NCBI GenBank assembly: GCA_965215195.1
Contig: CBDCDC010000001.1
Span: 864,001-928,000, forward strand
Direction: 5' to 3'
Origin: Candidatus Latescibacterota bacterium
Lineage (GTDB): Bacteria > Latescibacterota > UBA2968 > UBA8231
DNA length: 64,000 nucleotides
Shown here: piece by piece, positions 9,585 to 19,320 of the stretch
How the letters are laid out: each line of letters starts with the position of its first letter
Numbering within the stretch: the stretch's first letter is position 1
Notes under the pieces: generated by a model
Told to the model about the DNA's origin: nothing
What the model saw: the letters and a program-made list of their open reading frames with translations, nothing else
Database searches by the model: none
Program-made: the position numbers and the translations under genes

Positions 9585-9731
9585 AGAAGCGGTCTGAAAA
9601 TTCCGGGTATCGTCTCTTGTGTGTAGAAAACAATCGAGGATCGAGGGCGTCTCGCCCTCGAAAAACGCGCCATCCGCGGGCCTCTCAACCGCTGCTCAAC
9701 GCGGTTCGCCGAGGGTTTGCAGACCGCTTCT
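9585..9731. mobile_element. MITE-like element (~147 bp) with IS5/IS1182-style terminal inverted repeats
   Basis: AGAAGCGGTCTGAAAA versus TTTGCAGACCGCTTCT (15/16 inverted match); internal hairpin TCGAGGGCG/CGCCCTCGA; no transposase. Confidence 0.55.
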
Positions 9732-9744
9732 ATAAGGATACCGC

Positions 9745-9912
9745 GTGATCCCCGCCCTCCTCGACCGCATCGTCGAACTGGCCTTCGACCCCCGAGTCGC
9801 CGCCTTCTTCGGCGTCTGCTTGGGGCTGTATATCCTGCGGGACGTAGGCCGTATATGTTTGCGGCTGATGGGAGCTTTTTGGCGGGGACGGGGGAAGAAG
9901 CGCGATGAGTAG
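9745..9912 (+). CDS. Small single-TM protein (55 aa), absent from the ORF track
   Basis: AAGGA RBS then GTG; MIPALLDRIVELAFDPRVAAFFGVCLGLYILRDVGRICLRLMGAFWRGRGKKRDE; GC3-rich codons. Confidence 0.5.
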   Translation: MIPALLDRIVELAFDPRVAAFFGVCLGLYILRDVGRICLRLMGAFWRGRGKKRDE

Positions 9913-9934
9913 GGGCCGCCCTTTGTTTAGATTC

Positions 9935-10657
9935 TTAAACCAAGTACTCGGCGTTGTCTTGGGGGGCGTAGCCTAGTTCTCGGCGGGCGTTTTGGATGTC
10001 CCAGTAGGCGCGGGTATTGCCCGAGATTCCGTAGTAGATTCCGTAGCGCACGTCGGCCTCAATGGAGCACTGCACGAGTTGCACGCAGTCGCGGTGGCTC
10101 AGCCAAGTGGAGAGAATCCGGTCGCTTTGGCGCTCCACGACCGCTGAATCCGGCTGGAACGAGCCGATGCGCAGGCATACGACCTCCAAACCGTAGCGAT
10201 CCACATAGTAGCGTCCCAGACTTTCCCCAAATGCCTTGCTGGCCCCGTACAGGCTGTCGGGCCGCACGGGCATCTCCGGCGTGGTGTACATCCCTTCTTG
10301 CTCGTAAAAGCCGGTCACGTGATTGGTGCTGGCCAAGACGACCCGCTTGACGCCCGCGTTTTTGCAGGCCTCATAGGTGCAGTACGCGCCTTGGATGTTC
10401 TTTTCGAGTACTGAATCCCAAGTAGCGCTAACTTCTGGATCGCCAGCGAGATGGACTACCGCATCGACGCTGGCGACGGCTGCGGCCATAGCGGCTGGAT
10501 CGGCGACGCTGCCCAAGGCGACCTCTTCGTCCGCGGCGGCTTCCCGCACTGTGCGGTGATACAGCAGTCGCAGGTCGTAGCACTCCCTCAGCCCTTGGCG
10601 CAACACCGCGCCGATGCGGCCGGCCGCACCCGTAATCAGCACTTTCTTGCGGCCCAT
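9935..10657 (-). CDS. NAD-dependent epimerase/dehydratase, uronate dehydrogenase-like
   Basis: ITGAAGRIG, ASTNHVTGFY, PDSLYGASK, LRIGS and TWLSHRD motifs; start reassigned to MGRKK. Confidence 0.8.
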   Translation of the reverse strand: MGRKKVLITGAAGRIGAVLRQGLRECYDLRLLYHRTVREAAADEEVALGSVADPAAMAAAVASVDAVVHLAGDPEVSATWDSVLEKNIQGAYCTYEACKNAGVKRVVLASTNHVTGFYEQEGMYTTPEMPVRPDSLYGASKAFGESLGRYYVDRYGLEVVCLRIGSFQPDSAVVERQSDRILSTWLSHRDCVQLVQCSIEADVRYGIYYGISGNTRAYWDIQNARRELGYAPQDNAEYLV

Positions 10658-10785
10658 CACGCCTCGGACAGCCGTTTTACGAGCCACCACGTCAGGAGGC
10701 CCGCCGCCAGCCCAAGGCCCCAAAAGAGGCCCGCCTGCGAGGGGAGACAGAGGCCGTTTTTGCGGAGCTTCATCGCGCACGCTCC

Positions 10786-11436
10786 TCAGCGGCTGGCCCA
10801 CAGCATGCCGCGCCGCTGGATTTCGCGCGCTTCGGGCACGTCGAAATCCCGAGCCACGTGGCCCAGCGACGAGTAGAACACCCGACCCGCTCCCCACGCG
10901 CGCTTCCACACCACCGGCATGATCGTCCCGTTGACCCAAGGCGCACTCTGGCGGCCCTCTAGGGTCGTCGTGGCCAGCACTTGATTGCCCGGGTCGGTGT
11001 GCATGTAGTACTGCTCGGAGTGCATTTGAAAGTCGTCTAGGCCGGCGACGATGGGGTCGTCTGGAGCCGCGATGTTCACCGCGTAGTCGATGATCCCGTC
11101 TGGGTGGGCCACAAACTGGCCGCCGACCATGAACTGATAGGTGGTATTGTTGCGGAACGAATCGGCCATGCAGCCGTGCCAGCCGGCCACGCCGGCGCCG
11201 CGCTCAATGGCCGCGAGCAGCCCCTGTTCCTGCTCTCCTTCGATCTGGCCCATCGTCCACGCCGGCACCACGAGATCCTGCTCGGCCATGAGGTCGCGGT
11301 CTTTGTACGCGTCGAGGGTATCCGAAATGGTTACTGCGAACCCTTCTTCTTCTAAAATGGGCGCGAAAATATCGACGCACTGCTTGGGCTCGTGCCCCTC
11401 CCAGCCGCCCCACACCACGATTGCTTTCTTTGCCAT
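10786..11436 (-). CDS. ThuA-like domain protein
   Basis: [27 protein letters not shown] and [10 protein letters not shown] motifs. Confidence 0.85.
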   Translation of the reverse strand: MAKKAIVVWGGWEGHEPKQCVDIFAPILEEEGFAVTISDTLDAYKDRDLMAEQDLVVPAWTMGQIEGEQEQGLLAAIERGAGVAGWHGCMADSFRNNTTYQFMVGGQFVAHPDGIIDYAVNIAAPDDPIVAGLDDFQMHSEQYYMHTDPGNQVLATTTLEGRQSAPWVNGTIMPVVWKRAWGAGRVFYSSLGHVARDFDVPEAREIQRRGMLWASR

Positions 11437-11451
11437 GACGCTCCTTTTGCG

Positions 11452-12207
11452 TTAGCTGGCGCCGCGCGCCAGCTCGTTGCCAACGAGGTATTGATAGCTC
11501 TTTTCCACGGCTTCCATCATGTCGGTCGCACAGCGGTCCAACTCCACGATCAGCCAGTCGCAGGTGCCGTGGCTGGCTTCGATAATGGGCGGGAAATCCA
11601 TGGCCCCCTCGCCGACAGCGAGCATGTCCTGCGCCGGGTCGCACGGGCCGTCCTTGAGGTGCAAAAGCGGCGCTCGCTCGCCCAGCTCCTCGACGACCTG
11701 CACTGAGTCGCCGCCGCCGGTATTGACCCAATAGGTATCGACCTGAAAAAAGATGGACTCGTCGAGCGCGTCGACTAGGTGCTCAAAACCCGGACGCCCT
11801 TCCACTTCCTCGAACTCCCACCAGTGGTTGTGCAGGCCCAGCTCCAATCCGTTTTCAGCGGCGATCTGGGCGGCTTGGTTCCAGCGGTCGCACAGCGCCT
11901 TGAGCGCGTCTGCGCTGGCGAAGGCATCGCGCGGCGTGGAGGACACCACGCGGGTGGCCTCCAGCTCGTGGGCCAGCCCGATGACTTGGTTTTTTTGCTT
12001 GCCCAAGGGTAGCTGTGTATGCACGCTGCATACGTCTAACCCCAGATCGGCAAATAGGTCGCTGGCTTCATCTACGGCGATGCCGGGGAATCCGGCCGTC
12101 TCGACTCCCACGTACCCGATCTCGGCAATCCGGGTGACCACGGACTTGAAGTTGTGCGCGAGGGCTTCGCGGACCGTGTAGAGCTGAAGCGCTATGGGGG
12201 CAGCCAT
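11452..12207 (-). CDS. Sugar phosphate isomerase/epimerase (xylose isomerase-like TIM barrel)
   Basis: LQLYTVRE, LHNHWWEF, DTYW, LHLKDG and IVELD motifs. Confidence 0.85.
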   Translation of the reverse strand: MAAPIALQLYTVREALAHNFKSVVTRIAEIGYVGVETAGFPGIAVDEASDLFADLGLDVCSVHTQLPLGKQKNQVIGLAHELEATRVVSSTPRDAFASADALKALCDRWNQAAQIAAENGLELGLHNHWWEFEEVEGRPGFEHLVDALDESIFFQVDTYWVNTGGGDSVQVVEELGERAPLLHLKDGPCDPAQDMLAVGEGAMDFPPIIEASHGTCDWLIVELDRCATDMMEAVEKSYQYLVGNELARGAS

Positions 12208-12419
12208 TTCTTCCTTCCTTGTGGATGAGAGATATAATAGTGATATGAGGCTTAAAGCAATAGCTAAGGCAGATGTGCGAATTGTCGGGCGTCGATAGGC
12301 GAAGTCAGCTAATTAAATAAAAAAAATGGGCCGGTGGGCAAATTAATTTGTAATGACACTGCACTTGCTGCGCTGCTCGCGCGCTTCTACATTAGCCGCT
12401 CCAACCAAGGAGCAATCGC

Positions 12420-13493
12420 ATGAGCACCCAAGACAAAGTGCGCCTCGGGTTTATCGGTGCTGGCTGGTGGGCCACCAGCAACCACATGCCCGTTTTTGCC
12501 GCCCGCGACGACGTCGAGCTGACGGCCGTCTGCCGCTTGGGCCAAGCCGAGCTAGAGCAGGTGCGGGACCACTTCGGATTCTCGTTTGCCACCCAAAATT
12601 ACCGAGAGCTATTGGCCCACTGCGAACTCGACGGAGTAGTAGTAGCCTCGCCGCACACCTTGCACCACGAACACGCCCGCGCCGCCTTGGAGGCCGGCCT
12701 GCACGTGATGTGCGAAAAACCCCTGACCACCCGCGCGGCCGACGCGCGCGAATTGGTGCGCCTCGCGGCCGCGCGAGGTCGCCATTTGCTCGTGCCCTAT
12801 GGCTGGCACCACAAGCCTTTTATCCAGCGGGCCAAGGCCCTGATGGACGACCGAGCTATCGGCGAGATCGAATTCGCGCTCTGCCACATGGCCTCGCCAA
12901 TCCGCGCCCTGCTTTCCGGGGAGGAAGTGGATGTGTCCGACATTTCCGGGCAGGACAGCGCCAGCCTCTTCGGCCCTACGCCCGCTACTTGGGCCGATCC
13001 GGCCGTGGCCGCTGGCGGCTACGCCCACGCGCAAATATCGCACTCCTCAGGGCTGCTATTCTGGCTGTCCGGGCTGCGCGCCGAGCGCGTCTTTGCCGCC
13101 ATGAGCGCACCCGGGGCCGCGGTTGATCTGTACGACGCGCTCACCGTGCGCTTTACTTCGGGGGCCATCGGCGCGGTCAGCGGTGCCGGCACCGTGCCCA
13201 CAGACCAGACCTTTCAGGTCGATCTGCGCTTCTTCGGGTCGGAGGGCATGCTGCTCGTCGATTGCGAGCGCGCCCGCATGCATCTGCGCCGCCACGATGG
13301 CGAACACGTCGTCGAGGAGGTCGCCGAAGACGCCGGGGCCTACGAGTGCGATGGTCCGCCCAACAACTTCGCCGACTTGATCTTGGGTAAAACCGACGTC
13401 AACTGGACCCCGGGCGAAGCGGCCATGCGCGGGGTGGAGATGCTCGACGCAGCGTACCGCTCGGCCGCTTCGGGCCGGGAAGAGCAGGTGTAA
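12420..13493 (+). CDS. Gfo/Idh/MocA family oxidoreductase
   Basis: LGFIGAGWWA Rossmann motif; GLHVMCEKP. Confidence 0.88.
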   Translation: MSTQDKVRLGFIGAGWWATSNHMPVFAARDDVELTAVCRLGQAELEQVRDHFGFSFATQNYRELLAHCELDGVVVASPHTLHHEHARAALEAGLHVMCEKPLTTRAADARELVRLAAARGRHLLVPYGWHHKPFIQRAKALMDDRAIGEIEFALCHMASPIRALLSGEEVDVSDISGQDSASLFGPTPATWADPAVAAGGYAHAQISHSSGLLFWLSGLRAERVFAAMSAPGAAVDLYDALTVRFTSGAIGAVSGAGTVPTDQTFQVDLRFFGSEGMLLVDCERARMHLRRHDGEHVVEEVAEDAGAYECDGPPNNFADLILGKTDVNWTPGEAAMRGVEMLDAAYRSAASGREEQV

Positions 13494-14007
13494 CATCGGC
13501 CCTGCCCGCGCCTTTCGCCTCTCGCGGGCGGCTATCTGTTGACCCCGTTTGGCCCCTTCTCTATCTATCGGCGCACAGGGCGCGGTGCGCGACGTGCTGC
13601 TGTGCTTCTCATCCCGATCTGCTCGGCGGCATTTCACGCCTAAAGACCTGCGCCCGTGAAGCTCATCAGGCTGTCGATTCTGCTCTATTGTATCGGTCCC
13701 TAATCTTCGCTTTTTTGAAAATTTTTTGCGTATCCCTTGACACTGTTTTACGCCCCCTCGTAACTAGATTCACAGGGCAAACAATAGACTCCACGACGCT
13801 TTTAAGAGCGCCCACAGGAAGAATGCAAATGATAGGTGTATATCGCTTCGACATGCGCAGGACGCCGCACATAGCCGCCAAAGAAAATCTATGTAGTGGG
13901 TGCGCCTATCTAGCTGCCGCTATGCAGATCGAAAAGACCCAATTCGCGCCGAGAGGACGGGGCTATATCCCCGACTGAAGCTCGTCTTTGCAAGAGCTAA
14001 ACGTGGC

Positions 14008-14054
14008 AAGAGGCCGTGGCGCGAAAATGACAACGCGCTGCGGCCTCTTTTTTG
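14008..14054 (+). terminator. Intrinsic terminator
   Basis: AAGAGGCCGTGGCGCG/CGCGCTGCGGCCTCTT stem followed by a T-run. Confidence 0.65.
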
Positions 14055-14091
14055 TGACAAATGCTTGACATTGTTCCCTCGGTTTGTTGAA

Positions 14092-14117
14092 TTATACTGA
14101 ACAGGCGTTCAGTATAA
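14092..14117. promoter_or_regulatory. Perfect palindromic operator overlapping a -10-like TATACT
   Basis: TTATACTGAAC-AGGC-GTTCAGTATAA (11 bp arms); TTGACA at 14065-14070. Confidence 0.65.
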
Positions 14118-14381
14118 AAAGACGAGCAACAAAGGCAAAAAATGAAGACCAACAAACAAACACGACACTTCAACACCGCCCCCTCGGTTTTTACTCAGGG
14201 CGGTGCCAAGATGCGCGTTGTGACTAGGGCCGGCCGGGTCATCGACGCGCGACCGCGCTTTGCGGCTTTGCGGCGCGGCTTAGACAGCGGGGCGTTGCCG
14301 TCCACCCCGGACGGACGGCAGCGGGTCTGCGCGACATTCACCAAGCCAACCAAGGACCTCATCGCAAGGAGCAACCACACT

Positions 14382-14474
14382 ATGCGACGCGAGATCATCA
14401 ACCAAGGACTGATGTACGCAATCATCAGCCTATTTGTATTCGCGATGATACCGCTCCTGCGCTTCCTAAGCTAA
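14382..14474 (+). CDS. 30-aa hydrophobic peptide (alternatively the C-terminus of the 110-aa ORF starting at 14142)
   Basis: AAGGAG at 14366-14371; MRREIINQGLMYAIISLFVFAMIPLLRFLS. Confidence 0.5.
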   Translation: MRREIINQGLMYAIISLFVFAMIPLLRFLS

Positions 14475-14644
14475 TGGCTCTTTGACGCGCAGCGGCATTG
14501 CGAAACCGACCTGGGGCAGCGGCAGCGACCGCTGCCTCAGGAACATCAACCCCCTCAACTTAGAAGCCCTAACAAAATAAAAGCCTGTGCCCGCGAAAGC
14601 GGGTGGTGCGCCAATCCTGCGTTCCGCGGCTTCGACGCGAGCGC

Positions 14645-14760
14645 CCTGATTTCCGCAACCGCTCGCTGCACAGCAACGCCATCCTGCGCTGGAAGTACAA
14701 GCCGGGCAGCACCCTTTTCGTCGTCTGGTCGCAATTCCGCCACGACGACTCCGACCTAGG
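14645..14760 (+). pseudogene. C-terminal fragment of a DUF5916-like outer-membrane protein
   Basis: PDFRNRSLHSNAILRWKYKPGSTLFVVWSQ resembles the recalled LRWEYxPGSTLFxVW motif; rest of gene absent. Confidence 0.5.
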
Positions 14761-14934
14761 CGCGTTTACAATCTGCGGCGTAGCTTTGTGGACGAGGGGA
14801 TCAATACCTTCTTGGGGAAGTTCAACTATTGGCTGCACATCTAGGGCGAGGATTGCGCGCTGCATTTGGCCCTTGTCGCGCAAGCTGCGGTAGGGCTTTT
14901 TGCCAGTCGCGCAGGGCGGCCCGTGGTCCTATAC

Positions 14935-15975
14935 CTATTTTTCTATGAAGCGCCACAACGCGTCAAAGTGCGCCCCCACAATCGGCTCTCGCAGCACCGA
15001 GTTGACGCCTTTTTCCGCCATGTAGCGCGGCGCAAACGCCAGCCCCTTTTGCAGTGCCGTGCGCTCCAGCCCCATTTGCCTAGGGCGCCAGCGCACCCGA
15101 CAGCGGTCCAGCCGCTTGGCCAACCCCGCGGTATCCCCCGCGCAGCACCACGTGATGATCATCGCCCCCAAGGCCACGAGCTCGCCGTGGATCCAAGTCC
15201 GTTGGTTGGCCGCCTCCAGCGCGATCCAGAACGGATGATCGCCGCTTTCTGTGGGAGCCTTTAGCTGCTGGCTATCGCGCTCCTTAATCCGCTGCGCGAT
15301 GTTAGCCACGCTCGCCGCCATCATCCGTCCAGTGGCATCCAGCGTTGCGGCAAAAGAAGTTGCGATCGACTCGTGATAGGCCACCTGCTGGGCCGCCAGC
15401 GCCGGGTCAAACGCCGCCCGCCGCCGCCACTCCTCCAGCCCCGCATGGCTGCAGAGGATGTCGCCCAGCCCGGCCGTGTGCAAGTGATCCGGTGCGGTGA
15501 GGACCACATCGACATCCACGAGCACGTATTGGCAATCCACCCATGGCCAGTCGTCCAAATCCCCGACGGTCTGATAGCCGTCCCACCGCGCCACGTGCCC
15601 GTGGATGATCGCCCCGGAAGAGAGGATCGTCGGCACCAAGATCAGCTCGGCGTCCTTGTCGAGAGCCACGAACTTGGAAGCGTCGAGGGCCTTGCCGCCG
15701 CCCAAGCCGATGACCAGCTCGATCCCGGCTGGTAGCTGGTCGCTGAGGTCCTGCTGATGCGCCGAGTCCAGCCACTCGGCAAAGACCACGCCCGCTGGCT
15801 CGCGCACGAGGTGGCCCTTGGCGGCTGCGTACGCGCTGGGCGTGGTTACAATCGCATACGCCGGCCAGCGGGCACTTTCTCGTTGCAACAAGCCGCGGGC
15901 GACGCGCACGTCGTATTCAGCAGCCGGTTTGCTGCGTTGGCTGCCCATGGACCAGCCTCTATTTGTTTTGGGCAT
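14935..15975 (-). CDS. Glycerol-1-phosphate dehydrogenase-like / DHQS-Fe-ADH superfamily enzyme
   Basis: IGLGGGKALDASK, VPTILS, AGLGD, SGDH and HGELVALG motifs. Confidence 0.75.
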   Translation of the reverse strand: MPKTNRGWSMGSQRSKPAAEYDVRVARGLLQRESARWPAYAIVTTPSAYAAAKGHLVREPAGVVFAEWLDSAHQQDLSDQLPAGIELVIGLGGGKALDASKFVALDKDAELILVPTILSSGAIIHGHVARWDGYQTVGDLDDWPWVDCQYVLVDVDVVLTAPDHLHTAGLGDILCSHAGLEEWRRRAAFDPALAAQQVAYHESIATSFAATLDATGRMMAASVANIAQRIKERDSQQLKAPTESGDHPFWIALEAANQRTWIHGELVALGAMIITWCCAGDTAGLAKRLDRCRVRWRPRQMGLERTALQKGLAFAPRYMAEKGVNSVLREPIVGAHFDALWRFIEK

Positions 15976-16081
15976 TTGTTCTCCGTTCCATCATGCCACT
16001 ATTGCTTCTGTGATTGCTATTGCACAACAATATACAAGCCCTTTTTTCTTTGCCAACGCATCTTCCTGAGTCCAAAAGCCT

Positions 16082-16996
16082 ATGTCCACTGCCCACATTG
16101 CCCGCGCCCTCTCCACACTGGACGAGCCTTTCGTGCGCTACAAGATCCGCCTCAACGTCTCGGCCCGCCCGCCCCGCGAGCGCGAGATTGGCATTCTCCG
16201 CGACGAGATCCGCGAATCGGTCTTGGTCCGCACCCTGTTGGCCGAGTTGGATGCTACCGGCCGCATCCCCCTCTCGCCGCACCACCGCTGGCGCGGTGCC
16301 CATTGGGTGCTCTACATGCTGGCCGACCTAGGCTCCGCACCCGGCGACCAAAGCCTGTGGGCCTTGCGCGACCAAGCCGGCGAGTGGCTTTGGGCTCCCA
16401 ATCGCCCCGAGCCGATCAGCGGCGCAATTGAGGGCAATGCCCTGTACTACTTGCTCTTCCTCGAGATCGACGATGGCCGCGCCGACGCCTTGGCCCAGCG
16501 CCTCGCGGGCCGCTTGCCCAAGGCGTTGGGCCGCAGTCCGGCGGCCTTCGGCCAAGCGCTCACCGCCCTGCGCGGGCTCGCCCTGCACACCCGCCTCCGC
16601 GCCGCCCGCGCTTCTGGCGAGGCTGCCGCCCGCCTCGCCGAGCACTTGCTCACCCACCGTCTCTACCAAAAGCCCGATGGCTGCCCCTTGAGCGCGGACT
16701 GCGCCTCGTTGCACTATCCCTGCTACGAGCACTGCGACTTCCTCTTTGCCCTCAAGGTCATGGCCGAAGCCGGCCACCTAACCGACGCGCGTTGCCGCGC
16801 TGCGCTCGACCTGCTCAAGTCCAAGCAACTCCCCGACGGCAGTTTCCCGGCCGAGCGCAAACACTACCGACTCGGGCGCGTCGGCAAGGGCGATGACTCG
16901 CTCGTCAATTGGGGCCGGCCCAACCGCAGCCGGCCCAACCTCCACGTCACCTGCGACGCGCTCGGCGTGCTCCACGCTGCGGGCGAGCAGTTTTGA
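16082..16996 (+). CDS. Alpha/alpha-toroid (prenyltransferase/squalene cyclase-like) hypothetical protein
   Basis: GAHWVL..LADLG, LHYPCY..CDFL.ALKVM and LL.SKQLPDGSFP motifs. Confidence 0.5.
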   Translation: MSTAHIARALSTLDEPFVRYKIRLNVSARPPREREIGILRDEIRESVLVRTLLAELDATGRIPLSPHHRWRGAHWVLYMLADLGSAPGDQSLWALRDQAGEWLWAPNRPEPISGAIEGNALYYLLFLEIDDGRADALAQRLAGRLPKALGRSPAAFGQALTALRGLALHTRLRAARASGEAAARLAEHLLTHRLYQKPDGCPLSADCASLHYPCYEHCDFLFALKVMAEAGHLTDARCRAALDLLKSKQLPDGSFPAERKHYRLGRVGKGDDSLVNWGRPNRSRPNLHVTCDALGVLHAAGEQF

Positions 16997-17053
16997 GAGC
17001 CGCCGCAAAATGCCGATATTGTACAACATCCGCCGCTTCACAGGTTTGCTACC

Positions 17054-18010
17054 ATGCGCTCTTTGCTGTTGTTCCTCGCCCTCGCCCTTGCCGGCTGCTA
17101 CGCGACCTCGCTCGCGCCCGATCCCCTCGGCCACTTTGCCGCGCGCACCGACCACCTCCACCGCCTAGAGCCGCTCGGCGAGCGCATCTTGCACGGGGCC
17201 GCGCTCAGCTTTGGGCCGCTCGACGCGGAAGAACGCACGCGCCCGCTCGTCTATGCCGTGTACTACGAGCTCCACGACCTGCCCTACGACTGGCATCTGG
17301 CGTTGCGCACCCATCTGGACCAGTACGCAGGTTACGGTCTGCCGCAAATCGACCTTGGTTTCAGCGCTGCCGGCCAGCCCTATGAGGCGGCCATTGCCGA
17401 GGGCCAGCTCGACGAGGCGATTGAGCGGCTCTGCTGGGGGTTGCAGCAGCTAGACCGCCCGGTTCTGCTGCGGTTGGGCTATGCGTTCAATAGCTCTTGG
17501 CGCGCCTATGAGGCGATGAGCTACACCGAGGCTTGGCGGAGGATAGCGCAAACGCTGCGGGGTCGCTGGGGCTTGGACCATGTTGCGCTAGTATGGACGC
17601 AGAAGGCCGATGGCGGCTCTGATTACTTGGCCTACTATCCGGGGGATGAGTACGTGGATTGGTGGTCAATTGACGTGGCCGCGCCGCAAGATCTGCGCCG
17701 CAGCCGCGCCTTTATCGAGGCGGCGCAGGAGCGCGGCTACCCGGTGCTCGTCGGCGTGGTCACGCCGGTTACTACTGATCTAGGCCAAGCCGAGCAGGCG
17801 TGGCCCCATTGGTTCGTCCCGTTCCTCCGCTTCTTGCGCCACCATTCCAACATCAAGGCATTTACCTATATAAACTGGGACTGGTCGCAGGCGCAGCGCT
17901 TTGTCGACCCCGTGCTCTTTGCGCGCTACCGCAGCGAGTTGATGAACCCGATTTACCAACACGCGGCCTCACCCGCCGATTTGCGCTGGCACCTAAACCT
18001 CGATCCCTAG
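17054..18010 (+). CDS. GH26-like glycoside hydrolase lipoprotein
   Basis: LAGC lipobox; RPVLLRLGYAFN and YYPGDEYVDWWSID; the usual acid/base Glu position reads Ala, so it may be inactive. Confidence 0.65.
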   Translation: MRSLLLFLALALAGCYATSLAPDPLGHFAARTDHLHRLEPLGERILHGAALSFGPLDAEERTRPLVYAVYYELHDLPYDWHLALRTHLDQYAGYGLPQIDLGFSAAGQPYEAAIAEGQLDEAIERLCWGLQQLDRPVLLRLGYAFNSSWRAYEAMSYTEAWRRIAQTLRGRWGLDHVALVWTQKADGGSDYLAYYPGDEYVDWWSIDVAAPQDLRRSRAFIEAAQERGYPVLVGVVTPVTTDLGQAEQAWPHWFVPFLRFLRHHSNIKAFTYINWDWSQAQRFVDPVLFARYRSELMNPIYQHAASPADLRWHLNLDP

Positions 18011-18031
18011 CTTAGAGAAAGGACCCGACCG

Positions 18032-18910
18032 ATGGATAAAGTCGATGTTCACGTTCACGTCTTCGATTTGCCGAGCGAGCGGTTCCCCCGCGAGTTGAGC
18101 AGCCTCGCGCCCGCCGACCGCGCCTGCCCCATAGAGGCGCTCATAGCCGACATGGATGCTTCGGGCATTGACCGCGCCGTGCTGATCGAAATGAACGGCA
18201 CCCAGCTCAAACAGCACGCCTATGTCGCGCACTGCGTGCGGACGTGGCCCGACCGCTTTACGGCTACCGGCTTGATCGACCTCGACGACCCGGATCCGCC
18301 CGCTCGCCTGCGCGAGCTCGTGGCCGCCACCGGCATTGAGGGGATCCGGCTGGGGGCGTTGGGCGACCCGGCCGCACAGCGGGCCGAGGACCTGTCGGCG
18401 TACGCGCTCTTCGAGTGTGCAGACGAGCTGGGGCTCAACATCAACATCTACACCGGCGCAGCCCAACTCCCTTGCATCGAGCTGCTGGCCGCGGCCTTTC
18501 CCGGCGTGCGCATTTCCCTCGACCATCTCGGGGTGATGCCGACCACGTCCGGCGGATCGGACCGCTGGGGCCGCCCCCGCTTTGACGCCGAGCCGCTGCC
18601 GCCGGCCAACTATCCGCAAGTGATGGCGCTATCCCGCTTCCCCAACGTCTATGTCAAAATCTCAGGGGAGTACGCGTTTTCCAAGCAGCCTTGGCCTTAC
18701 GGGGACATGCAGCAGATGGTCGAGGATGTGTATCGGGCCTACGGCGCGGATCGCATGATGTGGTGTACGGATTCGCCGTGGATAGTAGTGGAGCCGGGGT
18801 ATCAGAAGCTGGTGGATTTGCTCGACTGCCATCTGCCGGATCTTTCCGCAGCGGAAAAAGAGCTGATTATGGGCGGGACGGCGCTCAAGCTGTGGTTTAG
18901 GGGGCGCTAG
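18032..18910 (+). CDS. Amidohydrolase 2 family (sugar lactonase-like)
   Basis: DVHVHVF, LDHLG, NVYVKISG and RMMWCTDSP motifs. Confidence 0.85.
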   Translation: MDKVDVHVHVFDLPSERFPRELSSLAPADRACPIEALIADMDASGIDRAVLIEMNGTQLKQHAYVAHCVRTWPDRFTATGLIDLDDPDPPARLRELVAATGIEGIRLGALGDPAAQRAEDLSAYALFECADELGLNINIYTGAAQLPCIELLAAAFPGVRISLDHLGVMPTTSGGSDRWGRPRFDAEPLPPANYPQVMALSRFPNVYVKISGEYAFSKQPWPYGDMQQMVEDVYRAYGADRMMWCTDSPWIVVEPGYQKLVDLLDCHLPDLSAAEKELIMGGTALKLWFRGR

Positions 18911-18996
18911 CGCATGGCAAAAATAGGTCGTGGGTCGCTTTGAATTTTTTGGGACGTTCTGCCTCTTTATCCGGGGACTGCAATTTCAAATATCCC

Positions 18997-19025
18997 TTGA
19001 TTTATTCACGTAGCGACCATAGAAT
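18997..19025 (+). promoter_or_regulatory. Sigma70-type promoter of leader copy A / LRR gene
   Basis: TTGATT-17 nt-TAGAAT. Confidence 0.55.
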
Positions 19026-19110
19026 ACAAGGCCGTGAGATGTTGTGTTTGTCTTTTACAGCGCATGGCGCACCGAATACACCACCGATTCTCGACCTGCT
19101 AAAAATGTTA

Positions 19111-19320
19111 CGTAAGTCATTAAAAACAATAGTTTACCCCCCCCCTCGAAATTCTGCTCAAGCACTGAAGCACTAGATTCCCTACTGCTCAAGCACTGGC
19201 GACGGATCCCAAGCGGCCGTTTGGCGATCCGTCCCACCCCTTGCCGCATGCTGCCCGTGCGGCACTCGTCTGTACGCCGTGGCCATCGTCTGCCATGGCG
19301 GCCGGTTCCTGCACCTGATT
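19111..19320 (+). repeat. Conserved poly-C structured 5' leader, copy A
   Basis: Aligns with 35215-35510: GTAAGTC.TTAAAAA motif, C9 run, three hairpins. Confidence 0.75.

Noticed and set aside
13771-13812. c-di-GMP-I riboswitch (CACAGGGCAAAC...GACGC)
   Set aside because: It lacks the GNRA-capped P2 stem, the GCAAAG junction and the receptor helix; the resemblance is limited to short words.
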